A DNA stretch of 64,000 bases from a virus: IMG/VR virus record IMGVR_UViG_3300021964_010186, positions 15,124-79,123 of that record. The stretch is one strand, 5' to 3'. The translations under genes and the position numbers were made by a program. Below, piece after piece: positions 48,701 through 55,346 of this stretch (positions within the stretch are counted from its first letter, which is position 1; every line of letters starts with the position of its first letter). The notes under the pieces were generated by a model, which saw only the letters and a program-made list of their open reading frames with translations, was not told the origin of the DNA and did no database searches.

Positions 48701-49614
48701 CCTATGATGTCGTCTGCTGGATTGATTGACGTGGTTGCAGTGGCGTCCTTGATCTGAAGTATGCCGTACATGGCGTCATGGTTGCCACACTGGTAATATA
48801 ATGTGTCTGGTGCACCTGAAGTGGGCACCGTGAAGGTGACCGTTCCCTTGTCCGTGCCGTTGTTGGTCACTCCCGTGTCAAATATGGTAGACGTTGATCC
48901 GTCAACGGAAACCTTGCTCTTGTAGGGTTCGGTCATTATCCAGAAAGGATGTCCTACAGCGTCAACATTGAATTTGTATGTGTTGCCCCTGTACAGTGTC
49001 AGTATGGGGTTCTTTTCGTTCTCCCTGTGTGGGAACTCCCAGCCCGAGTTGTCAGAGTATGCCTCTGTCTTGTATTCCACCACTGCCGCGGGGCCAACTG
49101 AATCTATCTCTATAGAACTTGGACCTTCCGGTATCCAGTAGTACTCCCTGTAGTTGACCAGTTTGTCGTAGTCGATGGCCGGGTTCCAACTGTACACGGT
49201 CTCCTTGTTGAGCCTGTCGTGGTTGTTGACCTTGCCTCCGAGGTATTTGATCTGGTTGATGTAGTCGTCATACGTTCCTGTGAACTTGACCTGGTCCTCA
49301 GTATTCACTGATGTGGTGTCCCTGTCGGTGTATGTCACGGCAGGTTCCAATTGGTATGCGAACCTATCCCTGCTGGTGGCTCCTATGTATCTGTCTGTGA
49401 CCTGTCTGGTGTAGGCGTCCTGCCTGCCTATGTACCCATCTAGTCTTTCCAGCGCACCCTTTTGTACCAGTGGATCTAAAGTGCTGGCCAGGAAACGTTG
49501 GTTGGTGTCGGTCCTGTAGAATGCTGGTAGGTGTTGTACCGTTCGTCTGTACTCGTTGGTGCCCTGACGGACTACCTCGTTGTTACTCAGTGCGTTGGTG
49601 GGATTGTCGGCCAT
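36769..49614 (-). CDS. giant (4281 aa) baseplate wedge/receptor-binding structural protein
   Basis: Follows the gp6-like gene; contains KPFHTKLR, a 7-repeat FG-GAP-like propeller, CBM-like modules, a cupredoxin-like module and GDGST beta-sandwich repeats. Confidence 0.8.
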   Translation of the reverse strand: MADNPTNALSNNEVVRQGTNEYRRTVQHLPAFYRTDTNQRFLASTLDPLVQKGALERLDGYIGRQDAYTRQVTDRYIGATSRDRFAYQLEPAVTYTDRDTTSVNTEDQVKFTGTYDDYINQIKYLGGKVNNHDRLNKETVYSWNPAIDYDKLVNYREYYWIPEGPSSIEIDSVGPAAVVEYKTEAYSDNSGWEFPHRENEKNPILTLYRGNTYKFNVDAVGHPFWIMTEPYKSKVSVDGSTSTIFDTGVTNNGTDKGTVTFTVPTSGAPDTLYYQCGNHDAMYGILQIKDATATTSINPADDIIGVKNYSLRTLALSNGMKIKFTNSLVASTYQSKEYFVEGVGDAITLTDVDDLITPGSYATETTILYDQVGYDTRPYAKAYYTPDTKDYITIKRDSQDQNAWSRYNRWFHKSVIEETARVGGYTPTLNEDDRAKRPIIEFDSGLALYNHGTVAKRSVTLYDTVTTDAFSNVVGQTGYIVDGLALANGMRVIFASDTDPIVKNKIYDVYFVTAGDSTQVIALTEATDGTPTALDSVFIEFGTTNQGKTFYYDGTTESWTASQQKTGVNQQPLFGMWDNNHVSFADTTTYPNSSFTGAKVFSYATSDTATTDTVLGIKVKYNTINNVGDIVFESDHTSGTFTYKSGSKTLTKNLAEGHLHYTTGRTTHNSRSAWIKRTNESRQRVIRTFIVDDTEKQLFPIDFYKNSASLTDLEVSVSVNGTRKTITTDYTLVNGTKNKYIRFNSELKVNDQIRIAAHSSADKIVDKGIYEIPENLATNSLNQQLGTFTYGQILNHVRDIFDKNQEVTGAIPGKSNLRDKPDARLKGGSIHQHEAPLLPAVFGLIDQETNMASAIDYVNQEYEKWYNAFLTHAIGTAYEGVAADRVDEIITVITPGRNNTFPFFYEDMMGWGENVSVRNYTVMGSSQTEYALDSQHDITTPSNRAVYVYLNNVQLLLGTDYTFSTSDDSVNITKALEEGDKIVIKDYPDTTGSYMPPSPTKLGIYPKFKPESFTDDTYITNQTMIRRHDGSMIKAYGDERDDLILELEKRIYNNCKTAYDSTLLDIHDVMPSAFTSTDYTLQEINDVMGPDFYLWAGRNNVQYINNTTFSEGSPFTYNYARSTDRLNNQTLPGHWRGIYKYFYDTDSPHTRPWEMLGHSEKPADWDATYGTAPYTSGNDVLWNKIATEPGRYGKSTIRSYLPVDASGNLLDPIAAGLIDNFDIPGRQNAWKFGDQAPAETAWRRSSSYPFTVMKALALTKPARFFSNFFDPSRLTTNTAGNQIYSETGIRKTLATAKYHLETVTDLATGTITRYQTAGYQPLVVNYLVSKNLDPITFYYKKMKNLTVQLAYKLGGFTDKDNIKVLTDSVSPGSTSGSKFIPDENYKILFRTSNPVESFNYSGVLIEKNTDVSEDGSTLLGGYKVLGYSTVKPYFNFNYPIRTTTSTSVSVQGSQQIKQYTNYQETVQTIPYGYVFNTIQDVADFLFGYGHWLESQGFRFNKFSNELKETLNWSNAVREFLFWTTQEWSPGSAVTVSPAADGFELDTNNSIVGKLRNLAGDYSILDAGGRKIDVREISTKRIGKTFELGIKSDSIGLYNIALNTVQKEHVLLFDNSTVFSDIIYEPFTGFRQQRLKLVGWKTAGWNGDYYAPGFMFDAAQVTYWLANTDYRIGDSVEYQGKFYVAKINHNSGTSFDSTTWILKSDKPAPQLIPNFEYKIAQFNDFYNLETNNFDESQQQLAQRLIGYQSRDYLENLFVNDVSQYKFYQGYIREKGTQNAIDRILKAKYEGEDITLDLYPEWMIRTGKFGNTDSVENIQITLSNDEITADPQSIELLDTSSGTVEYARSEAIAKNKFYYKPVEYTAANTFARLDYTKQGVDRDTAQVYKTAGYPQLQQVQHTAFNIDEILNLDMNAITTNDLVWVANKSNRDWDVFRITNAGVKIADLRLVDSSTQLEITFTGSHGLSAGTTSTQADYFAIANSEEPTLNGVYRVSSTPDHKTVIIDYTGNVGFIPALEDGSTADSYGNVYKFISVRLASMDNVNDLISYSEYQDKDDDIEREGDKVFADADSSGLWRVYEKQDPYTTGLVLSPDISTTEQEFGHRIVARNDGRTVIVSAPGKGQGEVHFLFRTSSAAGTLLQTQLTATMTDNDDNTSRLGESLSISTDENFVVAGAPYTNAVGSDGSTRFSDSGLVKIYLWDSSTFKYGILNTITPPVDAASQNFGWAHKISEPGTSSVRTTADKYLFVSAPGHSNDTGRVYMYTWGIGADGSTYDTWTQDYTIEAPAGGSGQRFGHRIAANDNGDILAVSSVAPGNAGKVEIFIKTSQSNDGSTQNSFALAQTITGVASDGSSLNTAFGESLAMNKDGTTLIIGAPGVDGTDNPDTGAVYYYKWNADDSTNTYTLQQTISSPESQTNMKFGTALDINQSGTRIVIGSENFANSREMKFDSGETTFDLQDTNFVDLNTGSGGAFTATMYNTKFVIDDKLINNSVSENDDFGRGVCMIDNSVFVGSPQDDGNIDTADGSSKISNDGTVACFDLTVNGEYAWKNLVTETPLMDIDKLGQVFEFNNKTKQIRDYYELYDPIKGRILGLADREINIKTTWDPATYNFGPNANSKTPWAENHKGEIWWDLSTVKWLWYEQDTQEYRTNTWGKFFPGSSIDIYEWTESTLLPSEWNNRIRGTGQTISGTALYGDNSQYTVVQKYSSRLDAFVNYYYYWVRNKSTVPTDSVVNRKNSASYVANLIANPTRFDFKYYSITGTNKFVINNVKDLVNNDIVLNIDIRTNTFDGDAHSVWKLAREGDKEYRPGQQIETRWWDSLIGKNSAGDLVPDVELPLNEKYGNNTRPRQSWYVDRYSALKEIIDYANSVLKKNQLVGQINLTNLDAKDPEPTAESLEWDSSVDTYAELTYINTADLSGTVKYLVKADETANNFWAIYTWDGTEWSRTKIQTYNTSAYWSYTDWYKTTGDMAHDEDTKIDKQVTYQYELDTLELAVGKHVKVTSADTGGWKLFMRTATGWENVGTENGTIRLSTKLYDYSQDSTGFAGEDNFDDNFFDQEPSIETRKILTALRDDLFINDLAVEYNTLFFTGLRKVLEEQTYVDWMFRTSFINAKNSVRQLDQRKTYTTGTDSWIESYINEVKPFHTKLREYKLGYTGTDTQDGIFTDFDNPPFYDSDTGKIRSLNVSLDTDKLTQYPWQMWNDYHKKYVQSITVTAGGSGYEVAPTVTIVGGTTGSTGPFQIQATSSSGATSGSFGYYYPLFTSQKQAEIYDSQNGGAGTTKSYTFDGYSGTFYGPTASTSEAQGTKSGTFKMYVTPTTTAATATATIRDGAVTRITVTGIGANYTATPTVILSGGKTDGSTPTDTAKAYANLNNDLVRDFDTTIKFDRVSSTSRVVDWAASTSYAYNDLIRYNDQLYKVTNAFTSTTDFDDNIGSVYKVYGNETGLTAADRTKGFYTPGTGMPGNELDQVMLGVDYGGTMVTGLLFNQEQGWDRSGWYDFPWDNYGNSRVKAFRADGSTASYTFDTAPATTEVYQVYLTQDDSTRKKLSDVIRGDGSTATFTISETPEENALVEFIPFDDDGVLTPTDDRTLDSIIKGGLFTSALGYAPSDILLEGDGFVTPDTSYAPEEVVPGQLFDTLDIKVYTSPESGVPFISEKNYRGDGLTTTYSIGDYPGTLGSVTVAVDGVIKKLTTDYTVDVANKTITFTSAPASLSVISTKVFAISGENYRVLDTFTGDGSTAVFLTSTRGEFNLDSTSSDMYITIDGVPTTAYTTTTTANTITVTFTSAPAAGEFIQVAGFNKSTTSTRSYASISNQAITYDGSTNRHTLTYPPGSIGPYSGLTMVEVNGRMLRGPDNTYYLGDGSTYTYGVVSGLGEDSTVDPAKTITSASQVQVFVNGVQKNLNTDYTVDIGNQNVEFVSGAVPTSTDVICISTLVDNHYYNEGTDIILLPSAITSPYSLSSSDVISVTTFNNALGMKQRREVLEGQPSGEFYLRFKPLNATYMYVWLNGEQITQGSYFTSDDTKITIVGKTITSADRLDVMYFALDSAVGATGFRIFKDMMNRTFYKRISKTATTKLTKDMTEGTQTITVADGTVLGTPNVASNTPGVIFIDKERIEYFTKSGNTLGQLRRGTLGTGIKEHGSGTEVVDASGTQTIPYADTVYTTTFTGDGSTLTFALSQTPSSASELDIFIGGQRLLLTSEDGSTINYSVDGSTTAVTLHTTAPASGTQIKILHKKGQVWYTGADGNPADGKGLQASTTQQARFIAQEPTNAPE

Positions 49615-52600
49615 TAGTATCCTGCCCCACTACTGCCGGTCGTTGAACCGGAACCTGTTGTAGTAGAGCCTGATACCGCTGATCCTGTGGTGGTGTTGGT
49701 AGTGGCAGTTGATGTGGATGTCACGACTGTGCCGGAAGCCGCAAGTTGATTGGCTCCCAAAGCACTTATGATTGTGACATCATCAACGGTGGCCCCACTG
49801 ATGAAAATCTCGTCTGCCGCTGAGTCAAGTTGAAACAGAGACCCAAAACTCTGTCCTGACTGGTTTGGCACGATCACTGCCGTCAGTAGATCTGGTGCCA
49901 GTTGGTTGTGTATGTAAGCGGCTAGTTCCGTGAAATAGAAAGTGTCTCCGAAATCCCAGTTGTCCAAGGCGAAGAACTCGTTTATGGCGGCTATCACCCT
50001 AGTCTTGATGACCGCGTCGGTCACATTGGTCTTTGTATTCTTGACCACCTTGAAAGTTGCCTGTAGTTCCTCATCGGCATTGGTGCCGAACAGAATCTTG
50101 TACTTGACCGGATGGTATATGATCTGGTCTGACAATGATTTCAAGGGATTGAGCACACCCGAGTAGTTGATCCTCAACTGGTCTGATGTGGATGTCTGTG
50201 GTTTGGTCCCACCATCCTGTAGCCATATCCTGAATAGGTTGTCGTATGTCCTCTCCAACAGGTAAACATCCACTATGTTGGACACGCTTGGATCTATCCT
50301 GGTCTCCTGGCCCGCATGGTGTTTGTATTGGAAACTGATCGAACTCCTACCCCGTCTTGCTAGGTAATCGGTGGTGGTCGAGAGTGTGTTGGTTGTAGAA
50401 TCGTATTTCTTGATCACGTCCTCACTGGCATCATAGAAGTAGAACAACTGTCCATTGGTGTATGTGGTTGTGTTGAGATTGATGTCTGTTTCGTTCTGTG
50501 TGACCACGAAGTTAGTCGAGGCGTATGGTCTGTATCTCTCTATGTTGTCGTATGAGATGTACTTCTCGAAGAACACGAACTTGGTGGATTCAGACAGTGT
50601 TGGCTCGACTATGATGTCAAATATCTCAGGATTGTCCACAACACCATCATCGTCGTCATCGTAGAATCCCACCTTGACCTTCCTGTTGTCCTGGAACCCG
50701 TCCGCTTCCGTGACCGTGTCCACCACCTGCCACGTGATGGGATATCCCACGCTGTTGCCGGTCGAAACTATGCTGTTGGTCTTCAATATCTTCACGGTGT
50801 CCTTGACGCTCTTGCCCGTCTTGTAGTCGTATATCCTCTCCTCCACGTCATAGTGGAACTTGTTCTGAGATTCAGATTCGAATATGTAATCCAGTTTCCT
50901 GTACTGCACAGTGTATGTGTTGCCATCGTTGGTGAACTTGAACCACCAACTGGCGTCCGCGTTTGTGCCCGCGGTCGATCCCGTGCTGGCCAGATCGAAC
51001 ACCGAACTCGTGCTCAGGTTCGTTGATGTTATGACCTTCCACGTCTCTGTGTTGACGTCGTATCTCAGACCAAACTCCTCGTAGGCCTCTATCCTGTCTA
51101 TGAGGTCCGCTTCTAGCGTTGATGAGAACGCTATGGTGAAATTTGGAATGATCGCATTGATCACCGATCCCTGTGGCACTATATCGTTGAGTGTGACCGG
51201 ACCAAGTCCTGACTCCAGGTTTCCCACTCCACTGTTGGCACCATCACCCACCACTGCGCCTATCTTGGCCCATAGCCTGTCTTCTGCGTTGTCTGTGGTA
51301 GACGTGACCAGTGTCCCATTCAGGAACTTCCTGGTGTCTGGTGATGTGAATTTTATCAATGCTCCTGGCTTTGCGAACTTCATGTTGGAAGTTGCGAAAT
51401 CACCTATGACCAATGCACCACCCGATGTGAAGTAGCCGGTGTTGGTGTTGGTCGATGTTGTGGTGGAATTCCACGTCGCTGTCAGTGTGCTGGTGTCCTT
51501 TGTGCCATACTTCAGGTAGTAGAACTGCCTGGCGTAGGCTTCTTTCAGTTTGGCCTCCACGGACGTGTCTAGGGTCGGTTTTATGTCACTCCTGTTGTTG
51601 AACGTGAACGTGAACTGCTGTACGGATTCCTCCCTGTATATAATACCATCCTCCGCGAAAACTGAAACGTTGGAGTAGGCTCCAGTGGGATCTAGAATTT
51701 CTTTTGCCCTGGATATACCAGAAGCGGACCTGTTCACGGATCTCACTTTTACGATCTCCTGTGATGCTGACAGAGGAACAACTTGGTAGTCCTCCGCAGT
51801 TATCATCCTGTTCTGTGAGTAGTAGACCTGTGCGGCCTTCTCCCGGATGGAATCGTTTGACTCGGTGGCCGCGGCGTTGTACACGCTGGCCTTGAGGCTC
51901 ATCGTTACGGTCAGTGTCTGTTGTGCACCATTGGCGTCCGTGTATGGGACTGCTAACTGTATGTTCTGCATGTCCGCCGGTTGTATGGCGTACTTCGCAT
52001 TGTCACTGATCCTGTGATAGGTCCTGAAAGATCCCAATGGAAGATTCGAGAAATTCCCGTCACCGAAAACTAAATCAATTGCATCGTTGTTCTTGGTGAC
52101 CACGTTGTAGATGTTTCTCTCGCTCTTGGCCAGTGAATTATAAATGGCGTTGTTGCCTGACAGTGATGGTACCTTGGTCCACTGTTCAGACACCTGTCCA
52201 AACTGATCCAACTTGTACAACCACACGTCGGTGTCGTTGATGTTGGTGGTGTTCAGTGATTTCACGTAGTTGGTCTCTGCCGTGTCCACAGTGAAGTCCG
52301 TTGACTGCATTGTGCCCTGTTTGAACAGGAAGAAGAATCCCGTGTTGTTGGAACTATCTCCCGAACCATCCGTCCTGTAGGTGTAGGTGAGACCCGTTCC
52401 CTCTAATGGACTTGATTCATACACGGAATCCGAGTTGTCTATGGTCGACGGCACTATCTCGAACTGCCTGCCTATGCCGCCCACTGATTTGGTGAACTTG
52501 AACACTGGTAGGTCCAACTGGTTTGAACTTAATGTATATACTTCTGTGGTTATGCCACCGATCGTGCCCGACTCCCTGGGATTTCCAAAAAGTTGTCCTG

Positions 52601-53096
52601 TCTGATTCGCGGCGTTCAATATGGCCGTGAACTGTTCCCTGTAGTTGGAGTTGGCGGAATCATTCCACACTATAGTGGAGTTCGCTAGATTGGTTCCTGT
52701 GCTGTCAGCAACATCCTGGGTGGTCGATATTGAATCTATCTTCAGGAGTCCCGTGGCCGGTTTATTCCTTTTAGCGTTGTAATTGATCAGCCTCGCCAAC
52801 CTTAAAATTGAATTTCTTCTCTCGGCGGTCTCTAAGAAGTTCTCCCTTGCGTTGAGATCAACCCTGAATGACAGCGCTTGAGCTATGTAGGCGATCAGAT
52901 CTATGAGGGCAACATACTCCGAGCTCTCAACGAAATCGTTAAAATCGTCTGGATAGTTCTCCCTAAGGTAGGCAACCATGGTCCTACGCAGTGTCTCGAA
53001 GTCATAACTTTTGAAATCAGCCTGTTGGAAGGCCTGGTAGATCTTGCGCCAATCTTCCGCTACTAGTAATCTGTTCTGTCTGTCTGTTGTGGCCAT
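49614..53096 (-). CDS. baseplate wedge subunit (T4 gp6-like)
   Basis: SYDFETLR...DFNDFVESSE, ENFLETAERRNSILRLARLINY, LVFGDGNF, ESNDSIREKA...QNRMITAEDY. Confidence 0.88.
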   Translation of the reverse strand: MATTDRQNRLLVAEDWRKIYQAFQQADFKSYDFETLRRTMVAYLRENYPDDFNDFVESSEYVALIDLIAYIAQALSFRVDLNARENFLETAERRNSILRLARLINYNAKRNKPATGLLKIDSISTTQDVADSTGTNLANSTIVWNDSANSNYREQFTAILNAANQTGQLFGNPRESGTIGGITTEVYTLSSNQLDLPVFKFTKSVGGIGRQFEIVPSTIDNSDSVYESSPLEGTGLTYTYRTDGSGDSSNNTGFFFLFKQGTMQSTDFTVDTAETNYVKSLNTTNINDTDVWLYKLDQFGQVSEQWTKVPSLSGNNAIYNSLAKSERNIYNVVTKNNDAIDLVFGDGNFSNLPLGSFRTYHRISDNAKYAIQPADMQNIQLAVPYTDANGAQQTLTVTMSLKASVYNAAATESNDSIREKAAQVYYSQNRMITAEDYQVVPLSASQEIVKVRSVNRSASGISRAKEILDPTGAYSNVSVFAEDGIIYREESVQQFTFTFNNRSDIKPTLDTSVEAKLKEAYARQFYYLKYGTKDTSTLTATWNSTTTSTNTNTGYFTSGGALVIGDFATSNMKFAKPGALIKFTSPDTRKFLNGTLVTSTTDNAEDRLWAKIGAVVGDGANSGVGNLESGLGPVTLNDIVPQGSVINAIIPNFTIAFSSTLEADLIDRIEAYEEFGLRYDVNTETWKVITSTNLSTSSVFDLASTGSTAGTNADASWWFKFTNDGNTYTVQYRKLDYIFESESQNKFHYDVEERIYDYKTGKSVKDTVKILKTNSIVSTGNSVGYPITWQVVDTVTEADGFQDNRKVKVGFYDDDDDGVVDNPEIFDIIVEPTLSESTKFVFFEKYISYDNIERYRPYASTNFVVTQNETDINLNTTTYTNGQLFYFYDASEDVIKKYDSTTNTLSTTTDYLARRGRSSISFQYKHHAGQETRIDPSVSNIVDVYLLERTYDNLFRIWLQDGGTKPQTSTSDQLRINYSGVLNPLKSLSDQIIYHPVKYKILFGTNADEELQATFKVVKNTKTNVTDAVIKTRVIAAINEFFALDNWDFGDTFYFTELAAYIHNQLAPDLLTAVIVPNQSGQSFGSLFQLDSAADEIFISGATVDDVTIISALGANQLAASGTVVTSTSTATTNTTTGSAVSGSTTTGSGSTTGSSGAGY

Positions 53097-53110
53097 TGTA
53101 TATACAACGG

Positions 53111-53118
53111 TATTTATA
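53111..53118 (-). promoter_or_regulatory. T4-type late promoter TATAAATA
   Basis: Exact TATAAATA on - strand upstream of the gp6-like gene. Confidence 0.75.
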
Positions 53119-53138
53119 TGCTAGGAAATGTGCGTATA

Positions 53139-53549
53139 TTAAGATAGACGCAATAGACTGTTTTCGTCGAAGTTGAATCTCAATTTCTCTGTGATGTTAA
53201 GGGGCACATATGTTATTGTGGCCTGAATGGCTATGCCCTTGTCCGCCTCTGACACCAGTATCTCCTGTGTGGAAATACGTGGATCGGCGTTTAAATTAGC
53301 AGTTACATCCTCAACGATGGCATCCTTCAACGCTTCCGTGAACGGCTCAAAGATTGCATCGTATATGATGGTACCAAATTCCGGGTTCTCCACCCTCTCG
53401 CCTTTGCGAATGGAAAGCCTGTTGATCAGGTCCTGCTTGGCAACCTCGAAGTCATAAAGTTTGAAGTTCTGCCTGTCAGCACGGCTACTGAAACCCTTGA
53501 AGGTCACTGTCTTGTTGGATAGGTCATTTGAATTGTTGTCGTATGCCAT
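53139..53549 (-). CDS. baseplate wedge subunit (T4 gp25-like)
   Basis: DLINRLSIRKGERVENPEFGT.I...IFEP, DPRI. Confidence 0.9.
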   Translation of the reverse strand: MAYDNNSNDLSNKTVTFKGFSSRADRQNFKLYDFEVAKQDLINRLSIRKGERVENPEFGTIIYDAIFEPFTEALKDAIVEDVTANLNADPRISTQEILVSEADKGIAIQATITYVPLNITEKLRFNFDENSLLRLS

Positions 53550-53555
53550 ATGCTG

Positions 53556-53561
53556 TATTTA
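53556..53561 (-). promoter_or_regulatory. putative late promoter TAAATA
   Basis: TAAATA 6 nt upstream of ATG 53549. Confidence 0.55.
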
Positions 53562-53565
53562 CTCC

Positions 53566-55338
53566 CTAAAATCTGAAGAAACTCTTCACCGCGTCCAGCG
53601 CCTGGTTCTTTATAGACTCGATCTTGCCGTATATGAAGTTCATGGCCGCGGCCTTGGGATCCTCTATCAATTGCTGTATCTCCGTGGCCTTGCCCACGAG
53701 GTTGTTGAGGTTCGTTATGGGTAATTTTATCTTGTCATTCAGGTTCACTACCTTGCTGAGTTTGTCTGCCACGGCCTTGATGGATGGCTGTTTCAACAGT
53801 TCGGCCTTGATCACTTTCAGTTCCGTGGCCGAGAGTTCTGGACTGGATGCTTTGATCTCCGCCATGGCCTCGTCAATGAATTTCTTCTTGCGGGCCGTAC
53901 TGCTCTGCCTGTCATATGGCTCATGCGTGACGAAGTCCGTGACCGTGGTCCTGTTGTCTATCTTGTTGACCTTGCCCTGTGCCAGTGGTCTGTCATCGTC
54001 TATATCTATCAATCCCTCCGTGACCTTGATCCCTATTGCGTCCGCTTTCAACCAACCAGGTCCCCAAGTGCTACTCGCACCGACCGAATTGAAATGGACC
54101 TGTGATCCCGCCAGGTCTATCCTGCCCTTGGCACCGTGTAGTTGCACACCGTCAGTGAATGATGATATGCCGTCTCTGGCGTAGTTCCTCACCGATCCTT
54201 TCTGTGAACTGTTCAATATGCCTTTCTCGCCCATGGTGAAAAGATAACCCTCGGCGTTGAGGGCCAGATTGGTCTCTGACGTGAAATTGATTGTGCCCTT
54301 GGCGTGGAAGTTGATGTTCATGTCTGAGTGTAGATTGAAATCCCTGCCAGATCTCAGATTGATACCACCGTCGGAGTACACACTGATCGTGCCGTCCTGG
54401 GCCATCTCTATAAATGCTTTTCCCGATCCATTTGCCAGGTACACCACTCCCTCCGTGTCGTGCATCAGCAGTTGGTGTCCGGATGCTGTCCGTAATCTCG
54501 TGAGTTGGTTGTTGCCATCCACATCACCATCGTCCATTACAAAACTGTGTCCGGTCTCCCTATCTACCCTCACCGGTGCACCGTCCAGTCCTATATTTTT
54601 TGTCCTACTGTCTGCTCTGATCCTGCCCGGTGTGTTCCATCCAAAAACCTGGCTGGGTGATTCTCTACGTGCGGACGACGTTGTGGTTCCCCTGACCTGG
54701 TCCTGTATCAGTCCCTGGGAGGTCATCTGATCTGCCAAGGCCTCGTTGATGGGATAATTCCATTTGTTGGCACTCGAGACAGTGTCACCTGCGTCAAATA
54801 ATTTACGATTCTTCTCACCAGCCGGTACTACATCTGTTCCGTAAATTTCTTGCTTGTTCTGTGAGAAATCCGTACCGTCCGCGGCCACTCGTGTTTTATC
54901 TGTGGCACCATTGCCCGGTACCATCTGGTTCGTCATGGGGTCCTGCACACAACCCATCCAAAATGCCGAGTTCGCCTGGTTGTCACCTTTAGCGAAGATC
55001 ACCAACACCGTGGTGTCTATGTCGGGTGGTACCGCCCACATTCCGTATGACTGTTGTGAATCCTTGAAACTGTAGGGGTCGGTGTTTGATGTCGCACTCA
55101 GGCTCTTCACACCGTAGAAGGGCGACAGGTACTGACACCAAGTTATCTGATTTGGTTTTGGATTGAGGGTATTAGTGAGTGCTGGAATGTTCACTCCCAA
55201 CCTACCCATGCGCAATGGGTCCGCTGTGGTCTTGACCGTGGCAATGTATGGGCCCGGATCACTATCAATGTACTTCTCATTGAAATCCTTCTGGTTGTCC
55301 TGTGAATCCGTGAATCCCCTCGAATCAAAATATGCCAT
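53566..55338 (-). CDS. baseplate central spike (gp5/VgrG-like OB fold plus beta-helix)
   Basis: DPLRMGRLGVNIP, SYGMWAVPPD..T.VLVIF, GHSFVMDDG, RLRTASGHQLLMHD, THEPY; no lysozyme domain evident. Confidence 0.85.
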   Translation of the reverse strand: MAYFDSRGFTDSQDNQKDFNEKYIDSDPGPYIATVKTTADPLRMGRLGVNIPALTNTLNPKPNQITWCQYLSPFYGVKSLSATSNTDPYSFKDSQQSYGMWAVPPDIDTTVLVIFAKGDNQANSAFWMGCVQDPMTNQMVPGNGATDKTRVAADGTDFSQNKQEIYGTDVVPAGEKNRKLFDAGDTVSSANKWNYPINEALADQMTSQGLIQDQVRGTTTSSARRESPSQVFGWNTPGRIRADSRTKNIGLDGAPVRVDRETGHSFVMDDGDVDGNNQLTRLRTASGHQLLMHDTEGVVYLANGSGKAFIEMAQDGTISVYSDGGINLRSGRDFNLHSDMNINFHAKGTINFTSETNLALNAEGYLFTMGEKGILNSSQKGSVRNYARDGISSFTDGVQLHGAKGRIDLAGSQVHFNSVGASSTWGPGWLKADAIGIKVTEGLIDIDDDRPLAQGKVNKIDNRTTVTDFVTHEPYDRQSSTARKKKFIDEAMAEIKASSPELSATELKVIKAELLKQPSIKAVADKLSKVVNLNDKIKLPITNLNNLVGKATEIQQLIEDPKAAAMNFIYGKIESIKNQALDAVKSFFRF

Positions 55339-55346
55339 AATCTACA

